A stretch of DNA of 64,000 nucleotides from Zancudomyces culisetae HAW-14-8 (Eukaryota; Fungi; Kickxellomycota). The notes beneath the pieces are model-generated. The model ran no database searches, had not been told where the DNA came from, and was given only the letters and a program-made list of their open reading frames with translations. Where the stretch lies: the NCBI GenBank assembly GCA_052426225.1, contig JBNJNM010000013.1:1798001-1862000 (forward strand), written 5' to 3'. Both the position numbers and the translations under genes were made by a program. Position 1 is the first letter of the stretch. Every line of letters starts with the position of its first letter. Shown one piece after another: positions 59,440-64,000 of the stretch.

Positions 59440-60840
59440 ATTTTTTGTATACTTATGTCTGTGGCTACCTAATGTAGCAGGTGTTATTCTTTTTTCAATT
59501 ACTTTGATTATTGACACTAAGCGGGTTTAAATAGCTTGTAACCCTTTCACTAACTGTTTTCACCCATGTGTGGGATTAATTGTAGATAAAAAAAAGTTGG
59601 TTTCCTTTTTCCTTCCCGGCAGATGTTCAGTTTTTTTCTCTTGTTTTTGCCAATATCTGAACTATGCTACTGCAAAAAAAAAATCGTAAATCAAATAAAT
59701 ACCGCTAGCTTATAGATATTTGCAAACAAGCAATATTAACCCGTTAAACCAGTTTTTTATTATCAAAACGTCAAAAAATGTGAAATGAAGTCTCGCAGGG
59801 CCAATCACAATATAAGACAAATACTGTAATTATTTGATTAAAGTGTTTAGCTGCCAATTATTTATTCGAAAGAGATCATCAAATATTAGCCTTAATAAAT
59901 ATCTCACTTTATAAAGCCCTCAAGTTGTGCACTGAAAAATTCATGATAATATCCCAAAAAATAAAAGTTCTGGGACTCTGACAAAATAATCTAACAAAAG
60001 TGCACATTTGGTAAATAATTGTAGAATGCGTTGTACAACTTGATTAAAAGTTGTATTTTTGTATTGGTTTTTTGAACATTCAATTAAATAAAAATTGAAA
60101 AAATGAGTTAAAGAAGGAAAATATTCAGAAAACTTGGTTTAAAGAGATTTAACTGGTAAAGAAAATTAATTTTGATGACAAATGGTGAATTGTTTTTTCT
60201 TAAATAGGAACAATGGTTCTAGAACAAAATCACTACCACGTTTAACCACAATAAGATGGTGTTTGCTAACACCTAGTTACTACAGAGTACTGAGCGCTGA
60301 AGATTGAACACCTAACAACGGAGAAGACTTGTAGCGGTTCGGAAAATGCTCTGGACGCTGGTGTGCCAAATCCGATATGAGCTTATACATGTTGGTTAGA
60401 GTAAGAGATTCTAATCATTATGGGTCTAAAATATCAAAGTATGAATTACAGCATTGGCTATGTTTGTACCAATTCTCTAAGAATCTTGTTCCCGTTGAAA
60501 AAAAAGACTATTCTCTTACTCATTAAAGGCAATTGTTTTTTTTAGTGCAAATACCGAAGAAAAAATTATAATATGTATACATAGAAAACTGAAAATTTAT
60601 ACCATAGGAATATGTATAGATGTAAAATCTGTAGAGATAAATTGTATAGTTAATAGAAAAAAAGTATAAAACAAGCAAACAAAAAGAGTATCTGTAATGA
60701 ATCGGCGTTCATGGAGGGGAATATATGCTAAATCTCTCAAGTAAATTAACGTATTTTCTTTCCATCTCCTTCCTTTTTTTTCTTCTAAATTGTTTTTGAT
60801 AGAAAAAAATATACAAAACAAGAAATTCAAGTCTGGCTAA

Positions 60841-63800
60841 TTAAAATTTCATCAATGGTGCAGTATCTGTTGTTGCAGTGGTATCCAGTTTCTTGGAAGA
60901 GCGATCTGGTTCGGCACGCTTTAAAAATCTTGGGAGAGTATTATCATTATTCAATTGGTTAAGGACAAGCTTTATGTTGTTTACAGTGTCATCATCAAGG
61001 TCACATATCTCATTTGGATCGATAGCCGTATTGGAACTGCCTGAAACCACGCTGTTACAGCTTTTGATAAAGTCCTTGCTCTTTATGTGATTTAAAATTC
61101 CATTGAGAAGTTTTCTGTTGCGTCGCAAGCCTAGCCTTAGATACTTTTTGTTTAGGTATGCAGAGGTGTGGCACCCATCAATATAATTTATATTATGAAG
61201 TACCAGTTTATCAGTGCTTGGTTGTATGCAAGCATCTCCTAAATCAGTTTGCCCTGGTTTGGTGTATATATTAACAACCACTTTTGTCGACCTGGTTATG
61301 GTAGTTGTGGTGAGACTATCTGAGTCTGTACAGTATGGGTCTACACTCGAGCTTGTGGATGTTTCTGTTGGCAAACCGCTATTGTTTTCGTTCCCTGACA
61401 AAAAACCGTCTATGATGATGTTATCATCAAGGTTTGGTCCATTATACCCTCCACCGTTACCATAGTTCCCCATATAACCACGTTTGAGTAGCATTGGGTT
61501 ATCATTGTTTATTTCTTCCAAAGATCCTCCCATAGTTTCTTGCTTTTTTTGATTAGCAGTAGGAGCAGCAGCAGTAGTAGCAGTAGTAATAGATTGGTCA
61601 TATTCTGCAGCATTCTCGACCATTGTGTTAAGATGATTGTTATTATCGACTACATCACCACCAGCCAACCCTACTCTGAGGTTGTTGGCTAAAGTGCTTC
61701 CTTTTTTGGAGCTAACAGTTTTTACAATAGTTTTTATTACCTTTATTGTACTTTTTTGTCTGGAGCCTACATTCAGACTTCTTTGGGTGCGAGTTGGGGT
61801 ACTATTTGATTTTACGGCGGTTTTCACCACCTTTTTGAGTATCGTGTTTTGAATAAAACTATAAGACGTATTTTTGCTTAGAAGATCCAACAGAATTGCA
61901 ATACTTTGCTGTGCATCGACTGAGCTAGTGTTACTATTAGTTATTGCAAGCGATCTAACAGAAGAGGTTGCAGAAGATGTAGATAAAGTTGTAGAAGAGA
62001 TCGATACTGTTTTTATCACTCGACTTACAACGGTGTTTTGCGTAAGTATACCAAGTTTGCTTACACTTCCATTTGAGCCAACCAGAAACACTTCACTACT
62101 TTCGTTGATCGATATTTTCGATACACCTAGCGAAAGTTGGGCAGGATTTTGAGTAGTTGTGCTTGTAATTGTGCTTTCATTTGCTTTAGATGTCACCGTT
62201 GTTGAAGATTCACTGCTCAAATCTTCAGGAATACCTAGTGTAATCACTGAAATTAGACTCAAAGAGACTGCGGGAGAATTCAATACAACCGAGCGTAATT
62301 CGGTTGTGTTTTGTGTAGATGTCTCAACCTTTAGCGCTGTGAGTGCAACAACGCTTGTAGAGGTAACACTGGTGATAGAGGTAATGGTAGTTTTATATTT
62401 AGCAGTTGACAGAACTGTTAGTGTCATTTCAGGGGTGCTAGATTGAAACGATCTTGATGCAGATTTTGAAACGATGGCGTTTAGTGCTCTGCTGCTTATT
62501 GAAGCGTTTTCTGTGTTGCTTGTTGAAACATTATCTGTGTTGCTTGTTGAAACATTATCTGTGTTGCTTGTTGAAGCATTATCTGTGTTGCTTATTGAAA
62601 CATTATCTGTGTTGCTTGTTGAAACGCTTGATGTGTTGCTTGCTGAAGCGTTTGCTGAGCTGCTCGGCTTAACTGTCTTTGTTATAACAACGGAACGACG
62701 AACAGTACTTGTTATAGTGGGGCGCAGAAGGGTTACAAATTTTGTTTCTGTAACACGCGGCAGCGATTTAGTAGTCGTTTCTAGATTTTCTTGTGCTGTA
62801 GTCGATTCCCGTGCTGCAAAAATGGTTTTTGTAAATTCATTAAAAAGAGAAAGCAAAAGATTTTGGTTAACAGTATCAGCAGAGTCTGAAATAACTTCGG
62901 TAGTGGTTGGTACGGTTTCCATTGAAGTACTAGTGCTACTAGAAACTTCAGATGTCATCAAAAGGAGGAGATCCTCTGACATGTCTTCTGTGCCTGTCGT
63001 ATCTGTTGCATCCGTTGCATCCGGTTCTACGGTTACTATATCTGTTGCTGTTGTTGTCATTGTAGTTGTTGAACTATCTGACGTGTTTACTGATAGAGAT
63101 CTCACACTTGCAGTATTGGATTGGCTGACTTGTTCGGTGCCTGTAGATGTATTGAGACTTCTGCTATACATCGAATTTCTTTTTACCAAGGGATGAGAGC
63201 TATAGTCCAAAGTAGTAGCGGAAGTGTGGGAGGGGGGTTTTTTATTGGGGTTATCATCCGTAGCACAATTTATATCACAAACCTCTTCCTTGTCCTCCTT
63301 TTCGTTACTCGAACCACCACTGTCTTGATTGTTGCCGAGTACGATATTTCTGCTGTTGCTTCTAATTTTTAGCGGAACATCAAGAGAATCTGAGGGTTTA
63401 TTCTCGCAATTTAAGAGGTTTAGTATTAGTTTTTTGTCCAAAGTAAAGTGGTGGCTAGTGACTTTGCTAATATCAACTCGACGGTTGTTAGTTTCATAAT
63501 CGATCTGTTTTTCGCTGTTTTTGTTGTTATCGTTATTGTTATCATTGACATTGTCTTTATTCTCAGTTTTTGATTCTTTCGTACTTGACGGCAAAAATAA
63601 CAGATTATAATCACTAGGGAAGAAACTAGTGTATTGGACAACTTTTATATAACTGTCATCACCATCACTATCGTTTTTGCTGTTAAATTTTCTCTGCTTA
63701 GTATTACATGCAACATAGTGTTGATTTACGACGTCTGTTTTTAGTGCATAACTATCCTTATTACCAACTGATAGAGTATTAAAACTCCAATTTCCACCAC

Positions 63801-64000
63801 CATCTTTTGTTAAAAAAAGCTCGCCAGAAGCAAACTTGAATTCAAGTATGTTGTTGTTGTTGTTGTTGTTGTTGGAAGCTCGTTGATGCTCTTGCGTCTG
63901 GTTTTCGTTCTGATATTGCACCTCGTCGTTGTCAAATATTTTATATTCAAGGCTATCGGGCCTAGACCGCAAGGTAATTATATTGCGTGCACCGCTATTG
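60841..64000 (-). CDS. Large Ser/Thr/Asn-rich, mucin-like protein, 5'-partial (more than 1050 aa)
   Basis: The frame stays open upstream of 63972 to the window edge (NSGARNIIT|L). It has long S/T tracts, 8-aa repeats, several hydrophobic-KR sites and a Cys-containing C-terminal region. Confidence 0.8.
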   Translation of the reverse strand, partial: NSGARNIITLRSRPDSLEYKIFDNDEVQYQNENQTQEHQRASNNNNNNNNILEFKFASGELFLTKDGGGNWSFNTLSVGNKDSYALKTDVVNQHYVACNTKQRKFNSKNDSDGDDSYIKVVQYTSFFPSDYNLLFLPSSTKESKTENKDNVNDNNNDNNKNSEKQIDYETNNRRVDISKVTSHHFTLDKKLILNLLNCENKPSDSLDVPLKIRSNSRNIVLGNNQDSGGSSNEKEDKEEVCDINCATDDNPNKKPPSHTSATTLDYSSHPLVKRNSMYSRSLNTSTGTEQVSQSNTASVRSLSVNTSDSSTTTMTTTATDIVTVEPDATDATDTTGTEDMSEDLLLLMTSEVSSSTSTSMETVPTTTEVISDSADTVNQNLLLSLFNEFTKTIFAARESTTAQENLETTTKSLPRVTETKFVTLLRPTITSTVRRSVVITKTVKPSSSANASASNTSSVSTSNTDNVSISNTDNASTSNTDNVSTSNTDNVSTSNTENASISSRALNAIVSKSASRSFQSSTPEMTLTVLSTAKYKTTITSITSVTSTSVVALTALKVETSTQNTTELRSVVLNSPAVSLSLISVITLGIPEDLSSESSTTVTSKANESTITSTTTQNPAQLSLGVSKISINESSEVFLVGSNGSVSKLGILTQNTVVSRVIKTVSISSTTLSTSSATSSVRSLAITNSNTSSVDAQQSIAILLDLLSKNTSYSFIQNTILKKVVKTAVKSNSTPTRTQRSLNVGSRQKSTIKVIKTIVKTVSSKKGSTLANNLRVGLAGGDVVDNNNHLNTMVENAAEYDQSITTATTAAAPTANQKKQETMGGSLEEINNDNPMLLKRGYMGNYGNGGGYNGPNLDDNIIIDGFLSGNENNSGLPTETSTSSSVDPYCTDSDSLTTTTITRSTKVVVNIYTKPGQTDLGDACIQPSTDKLVLHNINYIDGCHTSAYLNKKYLRLGLRRNRKLLNGILNHIKSKDFIKSCNSVVSGSSNTAIDPNEICDLDDDTVNNIKLVLNQLNNDNTLPRFLKRAEPDRSSKKLDTTATTDTAPLMKF
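62490..62652 (-). repeat. Coding 24-bp tandem repeat (STSNTDNV-like) x about 6-7
   Basis: Plus-strand unit ATCTGTGTTGCTTGTTGAAACATT, repeated with few changes. Confidence 0.9.

Noticed and set aside
3351-63641. Long antisense or alternate-frame ORFs inside real genes (e.g. 3351..4019, 50400..50996, 62474..63196)
   Set aside because: They are shadow ORFs expected from codon bias and repeats on the coding strand.
1-64000. tRNA, rRNA, CRISPR array or transposable element
   Set aside because: I recognised no cloverleaf or A/B-box pair, rRNA motif, repeat-spacer array, transposase/RT motif or LTR/TIR pair by eye.

Overview
This is AT-rich, gene-dense eukaryotic nuclear DNA from a fungus, with short GT-AG introns and CTAAC-like branch points. 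It is probably from an early-diverging lineage; a Zoopagomycota/Harpellales-like gut fungus is my guess, not proven. About 25 protein-coding loci can be supported, many only after manual splicing. In order: Cid1/Cid13-type terminal nucleotidyltransferase, vezatin, SLD2, HRD1, a 4-exon HUB1/UBL5 missed by the ORF track, a hypothetical ORF, TFA2, RPS19, a DUF4203 membrane protein, PTC7, a GNAT, NOP16, a catalytically dead rhomboid, a Cys-rich/TM/SH3 receptor-like protein, a PPR-like mitochondrial protein, YAP1/PAP1, a dead and frame-broken trypsin homologue, a secreted cationic Cys protein, MED10 overlapping PAT1, mitochondrial ACP, a fragmented coding-like region, an INA17-like protein, YPD1, and a 5'-truncated Ser/Thr-rich KR-punctuated protein. 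I recognised no rRNA, tRNA, CRISPR array or intact transposon, and I found no convincing new multi-gene system. The best leads are single-locus: (i) a PTC7 first intron whose retention yields an AUGA stop/start overlap separating the presequence from the phosphatase; (ii) an iRhom-like 'GP' pseudo-rhomboid in a fungus; (iii) MED10 and PAT1 CDSs overlapping tail-to-tail with a shared strand skew; (iv) a TUTase/PAP with an unusual residue at the nucleotide-specificity position; (v) surface or secreted candidates. All family calls come from remembered motifs, not database searches.
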